A DNA stretch of 64,000 nucleotides, from positions 64,001 through 128,000 of the forward strand of contig JBFIHX010000006.1 in NCBI GenBank assembly GCA_041601615.1, written 5' to 3'. Every line of letters starts with the position of its first letter. The first letter of the stretch is position 1. Under the pieces are notes generated by a model. The model ran no database searches. It saw only the letters and a list, made by a program, of their open reading frames with translations, and was not told where the DNA came from. A program made the translations under genes and the position numbers. The stretch is from Thermoplasmatota archaeon. Its GTDB lineage: Archaea > Thermoplasmatota > E2 > JACPAO01 > JAHFTW01. Below are positions 30,501 through 40,700 of this stretch, in pieces.

Positions 30501-33500
30501 TGCGTACCCCAAGAGAGGAAACCATCGGCGGTATCCATGCTGAACGCCGTATCGACTTGTTCAGCACTCCGAGTCCAACCAGCAGGCAATGGGCTTTCGA
30601 CTCCGTTGAAACCTTCCACCCAGGCCATCTCTGAATACCCAACAGGGAAGTCGAGATTGGCAACGGGGACGAACCCATCAGCCTTGACGGTCATCGTGTA
30701 GAGTCCCGGAGCAACGGCTGCGTTCGGAGACCATTCGAATTGAGCTACTTCTCCGGGCGCAACTTGGTGCGGTCCCGTTGACCCCGAGCGAAGAACATTG
30801 GTGCTGCCTAGTGACGTTAGTGCCCAGTCTAGATGGAATTGAGCAAGAGCGCTGCCGTTGTTGCGCAGGGTTCCCGATGCCGTGATGGCCCCATCAGAGA
30901 TGGGACCAGCCCCTTCAACAGTTAGCGGCAACCCAGACGGGCCCAGTCCCCACTGAAGGTCCGCCTTGTTCAAAGCATGCACAGTCCACGCACCTCTTGT
31001 GTTGGGAATGACGATGTCGTTTGGGATGGTGAACCTAGGGTAATAGTTCAACTGGCCGCCTTCCAGTTTAGTTTCTCCTCGATCTTCTAAAATACGCACT
31101 TCAATACGAATCGGCGTATCCACTGGAGGGTTGGGAATGTGAACATCAAACGAACGTTTGCTTCCAAGAGCTCCAACTTCCGTCAGAAACAGCGGACCCA
31201 CCACAGATTCCCCAGTTTGCTTCGTAGCCAGGGATGAATCGGGTATCTCGGTGATTCCAGGGATGTTCACATCAATGGGAGTTTCCGTGAGGGCATTTAT
31301 GGCACGCACGGATATTGCAAGGCGGTCGCGCGGAAGTGTTCCAATGTTTGCCACCTGCAGAGTCCGAGTGATGGGCCCCTCAGGATACAGCAAGCGATCA
31401 TCCAAGGAGGTCACGGCAACGTTGCGTTGGTGCACGGCAGCAGACAACTCCAATTCGTCGATGGCCCAGGAGCCCTCGAGTCTACTTCCATCCGTCGCGG
31501 CCCGCAACCGAATCTCCACGGGTGCCCCCTCGAAGACTGTGCCGCGAACGCGGACGCCAGCCACATCCCAGCCAGCAAGAGCGCCGGAGGTTTCATAGGT
31601 CGGATTGCTCCATGCATGGAAACCAAATCGAACTTTTTCACCCAAAAGTGAAGTGATGTTGAAATCTTCTGTCACCCAACCCTGGCTGTTTCCCGAAAAT
31701 GCATAGCCCAAGGGGTACGCTCCATAGTCTTGGTCCCTTCGCGTCGGACAACCCTGACAGATTCCTTCGAACGAATCGAAGGGATACCCATAGCCATTCT
31801 CCACAATCGTCCCTACACTGTCTGCTAGGACATTGCCGCGCAGAAGATAGGTCGGATATCCAGTAGCGTCGCGTCGGTCGTCAAGAATGGAATTGGGAGC
31901 CAGCGCGTTGCTTCGTCGAACCACGGAGCGTTGGAATTCTTCCTCAGCAATTTGCATCCAGGGCCCAAAGGTTGCAGTGATTGGGTCAAACACCTGGACT
32001 TCCACAACGCCGGCATCAATGCCTATCTCGATAGGGCCCGAAGTGGTTGATTCAAATTCATATTTATGATCAAATTCCAGTCGTGCTTCTTGCCCCACCA
32101 CGTTTCTCAAGTCCACGACGGGAGTCACGAGACGTGTGTTCAATTGATGGGGATAGCCTTGTTCGTTGTCGGATCGAATATTCCAAGAGGACGTTGGCTC
32201 GCCACCAGGCCCTTGTACGGTCTCAAGGTGCCAACCCGTGTCCCGCTGTGCGCCTCGGTTGACCATGGACCAGCACGCGACACTTTCTTTGTTCTGTCCC
32301 TGTGCATTGGTGTCAAATCGTTCCACCGTATACACCCCCATGCCAAAGACCGGGCGGTCACATAGCCTGAAATTGAGTCCTTCCAGATTGTCAGTTCCAA
32401 ATCGAAGTACATCCGCACTTCGGATGCCTCCTTGCATGAGGTAGCTCGTGACCGCTATATCATCCAAGAACCAACCTTCGTTGTTCTTTTGGGCAACCGT
32501 TCCCAAATCGCCAGAATCGGAAATATATCGGAATTCTACCGTAATTTCTTGACCGAGGAAGGAACGGAGTCCAATTTCGCGCTTGGACCAGCCATTGTCT
32601 TCTCGCGCAACGAGCTTACTTGAAGCCGTAACATCAATTCGTTGACCTGCCTCGGTCTCGACAATAACCAAGAACCGGCCGCCCGTGCCATCCCGCTCTA
32701 GAATTCTTTCATGATCTTTCCAACCGGCGCGCCAATCCCAGAAGGAAAGGTACACTTCCTCGGTGCCGATTCGCTCCGTAGACAAGTCCACAGGGAATGA
32801 AAGTGCAGTGTTGACGAATTCGTTGCGCTGGTCGTCGAAGTGTCCTACGCTGCCACTCCACCACATTCGTTGACCGGTATGAGGCTGGGGCTCATTGTAG
32901 GCAAGATTGTCGATGAGCCAACCATCATCGGGACTTGACGAGGCAGACCAGTCGGGGTGGAAGAAAAATCGATTTCCATCATCCAAGAAACTACCGCTTG
33001 GCTGAGGGCTTAGCCCCCCAAGCGGGAATTCGGCAAAGAGTGTTGATTTTTGTAGACTTTCCACCGAGGCGAGGTCAAATTCAGAGCGAATCCAGCCTTC
33101 GCTATCCGCTTCGTCTAGAGTGGAACTGGAGCCAGTATAAGCGCTCGAGGCCCACTCCGCCCTGCCATCCAATAGCGCCGAGGAGCCCACCATGGTGGCG
33201 TCCGGATATCCGTTCGCAAGCCCCTCCGATGGCCGTGCCCGCAGCGGCACCCACGAAGATCCTCCATCGGTGGTGATTTCCACACGACCCCCATCGAATC
33301 CTTCGTCCGAGAATTCATATTTATGAACCAAAGAGAGAGTCGCTTGGCTTGCCGCCGTCAAATCAAAAGGCGGCAAAAGGAAGGAGCCGTCCGAGTTGGG
33401 CGGAATGATTCCCTCTGAATCTCCCACTCGCAGAGCATTGGATTTACCTTCATCCGAGACAAACCATATGCCTCCGTCCGTTTTGGCATTGCCACTCACA

Positions 33501-36500
33501 AGTCCAGGCAAATCCACCTTGGGCGTCACATCGAAATCATTCCCATAAACAATATCAACGGCCCAAAAAGGCACGATTGCTAGGTTGTTTTCGAGGGTGA
33601 TGTCCTCAGGCAAGCCTAGAATACGAGCAGTCATCGAATACTCACCCGTACTCGGAGGGTCATAGAATAGGCTCGTCAGGGATACCGGAGGCGACATGGC
33701 CAAAACGGAATCCGTAATGCGTAGCCGTTCCCCAACCGGAAGAGTTCCTGCTACATGCCAGTCCATTTCGTTGTCTGCGATTCCCGATCGAGAAAATGCG
33801 ACCGCCACATCAAAATCAGTGACCGGGACATTTCCTACATTTTCGAGGAAAATGCTGGCCGCCCGAATGAAGTCCGCCGATCCCTGTTGAGGAGTGATGG
33901 TGGCTGCAACTGCCACATCCGGCGAGGCCCGGACGTCCAAAAATCCAGGGAGGGGCACTTGATCATTGACGTACAAATCGTCACCGCCAGGCACTATGCC
34001 AATCGCCTGGATGCGCATTCGGCCGCCTTCTGCTGGCGCCTTGCATTCCACAATCACTTCCTGAGTCTGACCAGGTTGCAGGCCATCTTCCAGGTCGAAG
34101 CTCGTGGAGGGAAGCAATGGTAGTACTCCATCCGCGTTGGGAGCTGCATTCACATCGACGCATTGGAGCGCGATAGTGGCGGCATCCAAATTGAGCAGGC
34201 CTATGTTTGCGACCTCGACACGCACAGGCACCCAACTGTCGGGCCCCACTCCGATGGTGCGAGCATCGTAGGGTGTTGCTAGTTCTGTTTGTAACACCGC
34301 CAAGTCCCGAACAGCCCGATCGCCTTCAGTAACAGCCAGCGTATCGATGCGCCATCCGTAGGTAATGGGGTGTTCTTTGGTGACATCCAATGGGTGCGGG
34401 TCCGTTCCTTCGGCCTGTTGCAAGAAATGGAATGTAAATTGAACCAATTCACCTCGCAAATCCACGTTTTGCAACGGACCATATTGGTTCCCCACACCAT
34501 CCACATTGAGCGGGTGTTGGGCTACGAGATCAATTCGATCGACGGTCCAGGGACTCCCTTGGAAGGGGGCACCAAGCGGGAACGAATCATCGAGGGGCTT
34601 GTACCGATCCTGGAAGCCAGTGGGGTGCCACCAGCCACAATTTTCGGGTTGGCGCCACCCTGCGGGAATGGTTAGTCCGGCGCGGCTGGGCCCTTCATTG
34701 CAGTAGAGAGGGAAACGAAGGCCAGAATCATAGAATTCAAGGAAATCGCGGCCATTGACATGCCTCGGATCTCGGATTCCCGTCGAAATTTCTGTATCGT
34801 AGCCATCCGTTGGAACGAGGTAATAGACTTCGTCGGGGTTGCCCGTTTGAGGATTGATCGTCGTTGCCGTAACATACGCAATGCTGGCAACTGCGAGCTG
34901 CGATCGTTCCGTTAAATCGCTTTGATCATCACGGTCAAGCATTTCCACAGCAGTGGCATACTGGTGCCGAATCAACAGGAAGGGGTCATCTGCCTGGATC
35001 AGGATTGGCTTGGTTGTCAGAGTGGAATCGCGGAGGTTGAAGGGCTCGTTTTGGGGAATCCGGAAGGTAGCGTCACGTGCACTGTAAGGCGGGCACGGAT
35101 TCAGACCACACATGGATCCTGGTGCCATGCCCTCGTACAACATGGTACGTCCCTCGGGCCCGAAGAAACCGCAGTTCCAGCGATCAAAGCCAACCGGCAC
35201 GGAGTCAGAAATTTCAGGGTACAACACGGGCCAGCCCGAGTGGAATTGCCATTCGGAAACATCCGGACAGCCGTCTCGCGCAACGTCATACGACCAAACG
35301 AGAGGCGGTCCAGTGCCGATGCCGAAACCCCCCGACAGGAAGTTGCTTCCAGTGGGCGTTACCTTGGCTGTGGTTTGGACCATTTGCCAGGTTCCTGCTT
35401 CGTCTCCCAATTTTCCGTCCATTGGCAAAGGCCCTTGGCCATCCAAGAGCAATGCGGAAGCTGGAAATCGATGGGCCCTCGTAACGGGGGGCTGTTGGGA
35501 GTCAGGTTGCGTAATTTCGACGAGGCGAGATGCGAACGCGTACGGGTCCCCGGCCTTCGCCGCGAAACCATCCAGGAGATTCGATTGCTCCAAGGGGCGG
35601 CGAAGTTCCACTCGATATTCGCCCACTTCTTGGTTCGCCGGAGGTTGTGGCGGGTAGAATTGACGGGCCGCCTCGCCAGTCAGTGTCGACTGAACCTCCC
35701 AGTCCAAATCCGTGGCGTCGAAGGCCAAATCCTGAAGCCGCAGGCCTCCAGCGAGGTTGCCGTTGCTGTCGCCATTGATGCGGTATCCATCCTCGTCTTG
35801 CAACAGGACCAAGTCAGCTCCGTCGTCGAAAAGGAATTCTATGATTTCATCGTCATTGTTTGGATCTGTCTTGTCATCGCTTCGATTCGGTAGTCGAACA
35901 GAGATGTAAACGTCGGTCTCTGTATTGACGAATTTTAGGAATGCATTTTGCGGCAATTCACCGTCCTCGCCACCGTAGGTAACGGAATACTCTTGTGCGG
36001 AGGCCCAGGCGGCGTCCGTCAAGGCACCATCGACGGTTGGAGGCGTGCTCACGAAGGGGCTCTCAAACCTCTGTCGCCCGTCGGGATCTAGAAGGTCTGG
36101 AGTGAAGACCGGCATATCGTCTGTGCGTAGGAACAACCGATATTGGGCTCGTTGGCTCGTGTCAAGATTCCACTTTAATTCCACGGCTTCGCCCTTCTGA
36201 AGTGCGATTCCCTGGCTTGGATGGTCGATGAGCGCTTGCACATCCAGGCTTGGGTCCGCCAAGTCGACCAATCGTGCGTGAATGGTCGTACTGTCAAAGA
36301 CAGTGCCGTGGTTGTGGATGGTGGCCGTGACGTTGAAGGCCTCATTGAGCGCCACCCATCTCGGGCTAACAACCGGGTCATGGATGTGCAAGTACCGCTT
36401 GCTTTCGACGTCGAAGACGACGCTTGCCTCATTGTCATGGTTGAAAGCATCGATTGCGCGGTTGTCGCCATCGGGCAAGGTAAACCCAATCATGGCCTCT

Positions 36501-37705
36501 ACGTTCTCTTGTTTGGAGTTGAGAGCGTTGAAGGTTTCCGCGATTCGTTGCACCTCTCCGGGCGCCAAGGTTCGGGTGGCAAGAGAGTGTTTGTCCTCCA
36601 ATGCTCCAGCCTTGAGCGTTACGAAGGTATCCACCCGAATCGCTTCTATGCCTGTGTTGCGAACGAAGCCACGGACAACGATTTCTTCGGTGGCTTCGAG
36701 AGTGTCGTCGCTTTGGGGAGTGACGATTTCGTGCACTTGCACGTTCATGGGGGCGCCAGGCGCCTTCAAGACGAGATCGTCAAGTTGGAATCCGTAGTAG
36801 CCCGCAGACTGATTAAAAGCCGGGTTGGCGAAGTGGTTTGTATCTTGCACTCCAGTGTCGGCAACGAAGACGACCCAGACTTTTTGTTCAGCCCAAGGGT
36901 TGAGATCGATTGTGTGTGATTTCCAGACATCTTCCCCGTAGAAGGTAGTCACTGGACGGCAACCACTCCCACACACAGTTAGATCGGTGTATGTCTCGGG
37001 AGGATTTTCGAGTACACGCACAAGAACGCGATCCGCTTGTGCCCCAATTGGACCCAAGTTGTACCTTGCTTGGTATTCCAGTACATAGAGAGGATCTCGA
37101 ATAAAACTGCCTGCATCGCCCACATATGCGTAATCGTTGAAGAAATTGTCGAATACCTGGTCTGAGTAGGGTTCGACTGTGTCGTCATCAAAGAGATAGC
37201 CAGTGCGCAAATCCAGCTCAGGCGTCACGAGGACACTGGCGGTTTGAGCGGCATAGCCTGTGTTGGATCCGAAGTAATGGCCCCAGTCGTTTTGTACGGT
37301 AGGGTCCGCATTGGGCGCGGCGGCGGACGCGTCGGGCCGCCATCCATCCGTTCCCGCCGTACCCCATAATCCAAGCTGTCCTCGCCGACCGTCACTGAGG
37401 GCCGGATCCGGGTTTTGGTAGTTGTCCGGTGTGCCATCCACATACAGCACAATGGGCTGGTCGGGCACGAGATCCATGATGGGTTCCAGTGTATCGGTTG
37501 CCTCATCGAACAAGTTGGCCAGTTGCTCTTCGATCAACGCCTTGGCGGCGTCGTAACGGTCGTCAATGGCTGGAATCGAATTGATGGTGACTGGAATGGT
37601 AGGCGCCGAATCCGGAGTCTCCGTGAAGTGATACGACAGGGCCGGCATGGGCAACATGAGAACCGTTACCAAAACGGCAGCTAGGGTTCGGTTCACGAGC
37701 GCCAC
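27497..37705 (-). CDS. Giant (3402 aa) multidomain surface protein: MAM/InhA-like jelly rolls, CBM9/DOMON-like, CARDB and NEW3 domains, C-terminal sorting tail
   Basis: Signal peptide; six G(W/F)x(I/L/V)D-type jelly-roll ends; PPTVDGALTDAAW (CBM9-like); DGGRVEITTDGGSSW; several CARDB units (PDL..., E...NN); tail PLPGWLILAPLLAAVALRRR. Confidence 0.9.
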   Translation of the reverse strand: MALVNRTLAAVLVTVLMLPMPALSYHFTETPDSAPTIPVTINSIPAIDDRYDAAKALIEEQLANLFDEATDTLEPIMDLVPDQPIVLYVDGTPDNYQNPDPALSDGRRGQLGLWGTAGTDGWRPDASAAAPNADPTVQNDWGHYFGSNTGYAAQTASVLVTPELDLRTGYLFDDDTVEPYSDQVFDNFFNDYAYVGDAGSFIRDPLYVLEYQARYNLGPIGAQADRVLVRVLENPPETYTDLTVCGSGCRPVTTFYGEDVWKSHTIDLNPWAEQKVWVVFVADTGVQDTNHFANPAFNQSAGYYGFQLDDLVLKAPGAPMNVQVHEIVTPQSDDTLEATEEIVVRGFVRNTGIEAIRVDTFVTLKAGALEDKHSLATRTLAPGEVQRIAETFNALNSKQENVEAMIGFTLPDGDNRAIDAFNHDNEASVVFDVESKRYLHIHDPVVSPRWVALNEAFNVTATIHNHGTVFDSTTIHARLVDLADPSLDVQALIDHPSQGIALQKGEAVELKWNLDTSQRAQYRLFLRTDDMPVFTPDLLDPDGRQRFESPFVSTPPTVDGALTDAAWASAQEYSVTYGGEDGELPQNAFLKFVNTETDVYISVRLPNRSDDKTDPNNDDEIIEFLFDDGADLVLLQDEDGYRINGDSNGNLAGGLRLQDLAFDATDLDWEVQSTLTGEAARQFYPPQPPANQEVGEYRVELRRPLEQSNLLDGFAAKAGDPYAFASRLVEITQPDSQQPPVTRAHRFPASALLLDGQGPLPMDGKLGDEAGTWQMVQTTAKVTPTGSNFLSGGFGIGTGPPLVWSYDVARDGCPDVSEWQFHSGWPVLYPEISDSVPVGFDRWNCGFFGPEGRTMLYEGMAPGSMCGLNPCPPYSARDATFRIPQNEPFNLRDSTLTTKPILIQADDPFLLIRHQYATAVEMLDRDDQSDLTERSQLAVASIAYVTATTINPQTGNPDEVYYLVPTDGYDTEISTGIRDPRHVNGRDFLEFYDSGLRFPLYCNEGPSRAGLTIPAGWRQPENCGWWHPTGFQDRYKPLDDSFPLGAPFQGSPWTVDRIDLVAQHPLNVDGVGNQYGPLQNVDLRGELVQFTFHFLQQAEGTDPHPLDVTKEHPITYGWRIDTLAVTEGDRAVRDLAVLQTELATPYDARTIGVGPDSWVPVRVEVANIGLLNLDAATIALQCVDVNAAPNADGVLPLLPSTSFDLEDGLQPGQTQEVIVECKAPAEGGRMRIQAIGIVPGGDDLYVNDQVPLPGFLDVRASPDVAVAATITPQQGSADFIRAASIFLENVGNVPVTDFDVAVAFSRSGIADNEMDWHVAGTLPVGERLRITDSVLAMSPPVSLTSLFYDPPSTGEYSMTARILGLPEDITLENNLAIVPFWAVDIVYGNDFDVTPKVDLPGLVSGNAKTDGGIWFVSDEGKSNALRVGDSEGIIPPNSDGSFLLPPFDLTAASQATLSLVHKYEFSDEGFDGGRVEITTDGGSSWVPLRARPSEGLANGYPDATMVGSSALLDGRAEWASSAYTGSSSTLDEADSEGWIRSEFDLASVESLQKSTLFAEFPLGGLSPQPSGSFLDDGNRFFFHPDWSASSSPDDGWLIDNLAYNEPQPHTGQRMWWSGSVGHFDDQRNEFVNTALSFPVDLSTERIGTEEVYLSFWDWRAGWKDHERILERDGTGGRFLVIVETEAGQRIDVTASSKLVAREDNGWSKREIGLRSFLGQEITVEFRYISDSGDLGTVAQKNNEGWFLDDIAVTSYLMQGGIRSADVLRFGTDNLEGLNFRLCDRPVFGMGVYTVERFDTNAQGQNKESVACWSMVNRGAQRDTGWHLETVQGPGGEPTSSWNIRSDNEQGYPHQLNTRLVTPVVDLRNVVGQEARLEFDHKYEFESTTSGPIEIGIDAGVVEVQVFDPITATFGPWMQIAEEEFQRSVVRRSNALAPNSILDDRRDATGYPTYLLRGNVLADSVGTIVENGYGYPFDSFEGICQGCPTRRDQDYGAYPLGYAFSGNSQGWVTEDFNITSLLGEKVRFGFHAWSNPTYETSGALAGWDVAGVRVRGTVFEGAPVEIRLRAATDGSRLEGSWAIDELELSAAVHQRNVAVTSLDDRLLYPEGPITRTLQVANIGTLPRDRLAISVRAINALTETPIDVNIPGITEIPDSSLATKQTGESVVGPLFLTEVGALGSKRSFDVHIPNPPVDTPIRIEVRILEDRGETKLEGGQLNYYPRFTIPNDIVIPNTRGAWTVHALNKADLQWGLGPSGLPLTVEGAGPISDGAITASGTLRNNGSALAQFHLDWALTSLGSTNVLRSGSTGPHQVAPGEVAQFEWSPNAAVAPGLYTMTVKADGFVPVANLDFPVGYSEMAWVEGFNGVESPLPAGWTRSAEQVDTAFSMDTADGFLSWGTHPFSGRGYCGNGQDSNDPGSRADNLPCSQGAGYESWVRSPPQDLARSLNGRMGLDIEHAFSFVDGDGGHVDAAIVNVDANGNWVPRTCNGSTANSWTQLQSSSGSPYDGLTRSLQIQNLQWQNPLGGGVPSYRGPQGSLSQPVQTSFDLASQIWCPLGPESQPFAGEKVVLQFHVGIQDINKVTRPGWQIDEIALGSGGVELGPSVDGMRTLPLVRNAPKTIAYTISNSGAAEDTYNLRLASVGLLNVDGVNPDVRLLQDSIKLGGGESGLIWLTVNTKESMPAGQHEFRIIAESQGTLAEQANTFLATQLIVRQLPKADLSVQLSPSDDDVYEQGSVIPIHVRVSNIGAEPSKRTTVVVSALFKEDQTLVPIETLELPPVCAPRECGAVASRAVISAEWPVPTRTGTYTLVAEVDPGRNLLDLNPGNNRDELDVEVVPLQLPDLEVTKIEVIGADGRFIEAGGIATVRATVTNIGEVPAQGATVRLLANTVSLTEAALPTLAKGASYTVEASKVVPNTQGSINFRATVIGGSAPELRVDNNDAILSLSVRTHNVATTLPDLVAAASGGTTIIPVRIDNHGSSLERLKLSAKGPAGWSVQTLTPDILVTPDGGLTALVLVKVPADAVAGQHLVQIQLSTEKRLLSTVPAIVQVAADLQPAGIQAKFTDMIAGDQEVDLMLQSNSNVHQSVRVSDLLGWLIPSEFDLDAKSTLTIPTTLHIPSNTPPGNITNTIQVAAVDGTWTAQFAREVRILPTLALMGGWTEYRSLPTPGNGTRGMELVITVASRSNLPIDVTGQFLHVEGTQATNPAPFHLEPLEEKVLRIPVFLDERLPTPKGDLVFLLANGNLTAEKRFELPDLTVQPDLIIGAVSAQPASEGRDIILRAIVRNDGSADAAASMVHFYADGVLIQLAQVPAIRPGEEIGVEVVWKDASSGPHLILAIADGAGRLMELHEDNNGASTTLQIDEQTLVSSLFRGVPLPGWLILAPLLAAVALRRRQQS

Positions 37706-40700
37706 CTCCTTGCAACGTAGAGCGCCGCCAAAAGCGGCAGCAGCAGAAACACCCCGGGAGCGTCTTGGCTTGGCGTCGATTGAACCACCATCACCGAAGA
37801 CTGAACCGGTGTCGAATTGGAGAATGCACCAATTTCCACATTCAACTGAAGGTCAAGCGGCGACCCGATGCGAGTTGGAGGAAGGACTTGGCTTGCAGCG
37901 TACCAGCATTCGAGTCGGCAATCTGCAGCCGAATTGTCAGCAGTCATGGAAACGGGGCGTTTGTTGATGATGATTGTCACGTCGGGCGCTCCGGGAAGGT
38001 TGTGCCGCAAGCCGACACGCAAGTCAAAAGGCGTTGTGGTGTTTCCAATTTCGGGAGTCACATGGACTTGCAGAAGTTCGAATAGATCCTTGACCTGGAT
38101 TGCTACATCCTTCTTCGGTCCTGTATTTCCCACCAAATCTGTCGCAGTTACTTGGTACATCAAATTCTGGCCACCAAAGGCGGTTGGGTCCACGACGGAA
38201 GTACCCTGGACATCCTTGCTCCAACCGTCCCGCTCAACTCGATACGACCGAATTCCTGAGTCGTCGTCTGCGGCGTTCCAGGAAAGCAGCACTTCATGCC
38301 CTTTTTGGCGGGCCGTTAGCCCTGTGACGGCCCCGGGGTTTCGTTCGTCCACCGGCAGCAGTGCGTAGAGGGTGTTCTGCGTAGGATTGCCCGAGGCGTC
38401 GGTCGCGATGATGGTGGCCTGGAAGGTTTTGCCTACGGCGAGTCCTGAAAGCGATACGGTGTGCTCCTTCAGCGCCTTGCTGCTCGAGTGCAACAACTTG
38501 CCTTCGCTCAGAATCTGCAATTGCACAGGTTCAGGCGAGGTGGCAGTTACTTTGGCCGAGGCGGGCCCTGTGGGCACGAGTTTGGCGTCCAAGTTCGGAG
38601 GGTCCGCATCGACGTCGAGCGTAAATGCGTCGACGGCTCGGGATGTCTCTCCGTAGACATCGGTGGTGAGTGCACTCATGGAATAAGATCCGGTTTTGAG
38701 GTGGTCTGGAATGGTCCATTCGCCGATCCATTTGTTGGAGTAGGCAAGGGAGATGAGGTCGCTGGAAATGGGTGCAGTGTCCACCTGAACCGCCGACAAA
38801 GGAGCGGGAGAGTCAAGGATGAATCGAACGGCTGACCCCGGGCGGCCGGCGGTGTAGCTGCCATAGTCGACCCGGGAAAGGTCGGGCACTCCTTGGCCTG
38901 CGGTGAATGCCAGCGAAACATTCCCCACATTTCCTGCCATGTCTGGAATTTTGATCTCCAATTCATGCGCTCCGTCTGGCATGGGAGGAAGCACAATGCG
39001 CAGGCTGCGGCTAAGTTGGCCATTGCCGAATGTCACGCTTGCCGGGGAAACGGGCGCATTGTCTAGCAAAACCTGTAGTGCTTTTTGGTTGATGTCCGTT
39101 CCTTGCCCCGCGTTGAAGACAAGCAACTCGAAAGTTGCAACGGAGGAATCCACTTGATCCCCGGGAAGGGGGCGCAGGGGTGCAAGGACGGGCGGAGTGT
39201 TGTCGATGATGATCAAGGGGCTTTTGACTTCGACAACATCCCGGGCCCGGAATACTTGAGCAACAAAGTACATGGGGCCATCGTTGAGCAGTGTTGAGTC
39301 CACGGAAAATTGTACATTTCCTGCCGAAGCTACAACGTTGGAAACTCGCTGTCGAACGCTGGATCCGTCGGTTCGTTCAGTAAAAAGGACGATGTTGGCA
39401 GGGGATTGGTCGACACCATCCACGCCCAATTGCAACGAGAGAATAGAATCGCCCTTGAGCACTTTCTTTTCTGTGAGTTCCAAGAATTGCAGTCGAAGGC
39501 CGCTTCCGGACGTGAATGTAACCGGCACACTGCGACTCTCGGCACCGGCTAGGTTTTCGGAGGCCACTACGGCATAGTGGTTCATGGCAGGAGGTAAGCC
39601 ATCGATACGAACGCGGTGGTTGGTGTCGGGTGTCAGGTTGAACGCCGAACTGAGCCCCAGGTCGGAGGTCCGGCCATAGTACACTCGCGATGTTGCTGGC
39701 TGGTCAGTGGTCCAAGTGAAGATGGCGTAGTCGTGACCGGTCTCGGCCACGGCCACATCGGAAATGATCACGGCGCTGTCGCTGACGACCAAGGGTGCAC
39801 TTCGGGCAAAGGAATTGCCGGCCGAGTCCGTTGCCTTCACGATGACCTCGTATGGGCCATCGTCGACGTTGGGAGGCAGGAAAATGGTGCAAAGGCGGTC
39901 GTGGGGGTTCTCGATGGTATCCAAATCATAGGTGCAAGGCTTGATTCCGATGGTCTCGTTGACGCCGGTAAAGTCGGCTGTAACCGTGGAAACTTCCGCA
40001 TCTTGCACGATGATTCGAATGTCGACCCGGGCGCCTTCACGAGCTGCCTGCCGCTCTACGCCCGCCAGACTGTAACGAGTCGGCAAAATTTCGATGGTTG
40101 GCGCCACATTGTCCAAAATGCCGCTCTTTCCAAGATCGACGGGGTTGCCGGCTCGGTCTTCCGCTTTCACGGTGTAGGTGTATGGCTCTTCGTCGGCACT
40201 TACGCCGTCGTTGACTTGATTCCATTTATTGAATTCATACACGCTGTCCCCGTTTGCATCCGTCATGGGGAAATCTCCCACCATATTGCTGAACGAAATT
40301 CGAACGGAAGCCGGGTTGATGCCACTGCCCACATCCGTAATCTTGGCTTTGTATACAACGGGCGTGACCCCAGGTTGAACGTATTTGTGGCTCGCAGTCA
40401 ACGGGTCAATTCGAGGAGGGATGAAGTCCACAATGGTCCTTCGAGCTCCATATTCGATGGGAATTCCAAGGCAGGGATCGTCATTGATGGAGCAGATTGC
40501 ATCCAATTTTGCTTGGGCGCAGACTGGTTCGTCGACGGAGCTGGTCCCGCAAGGAGATTCCGTGTTCCCTAGAACATCCCGCCCAACGGCGAGGAAGGAG
40601 AGCACATTGCCCGTAGAAATTCCCTGAACTTTGGTGAATCCCGACGTGCCGCTAGTCAGGTACTGAATTTGGCCATCAGCCACATGGATTTGATAGATGT

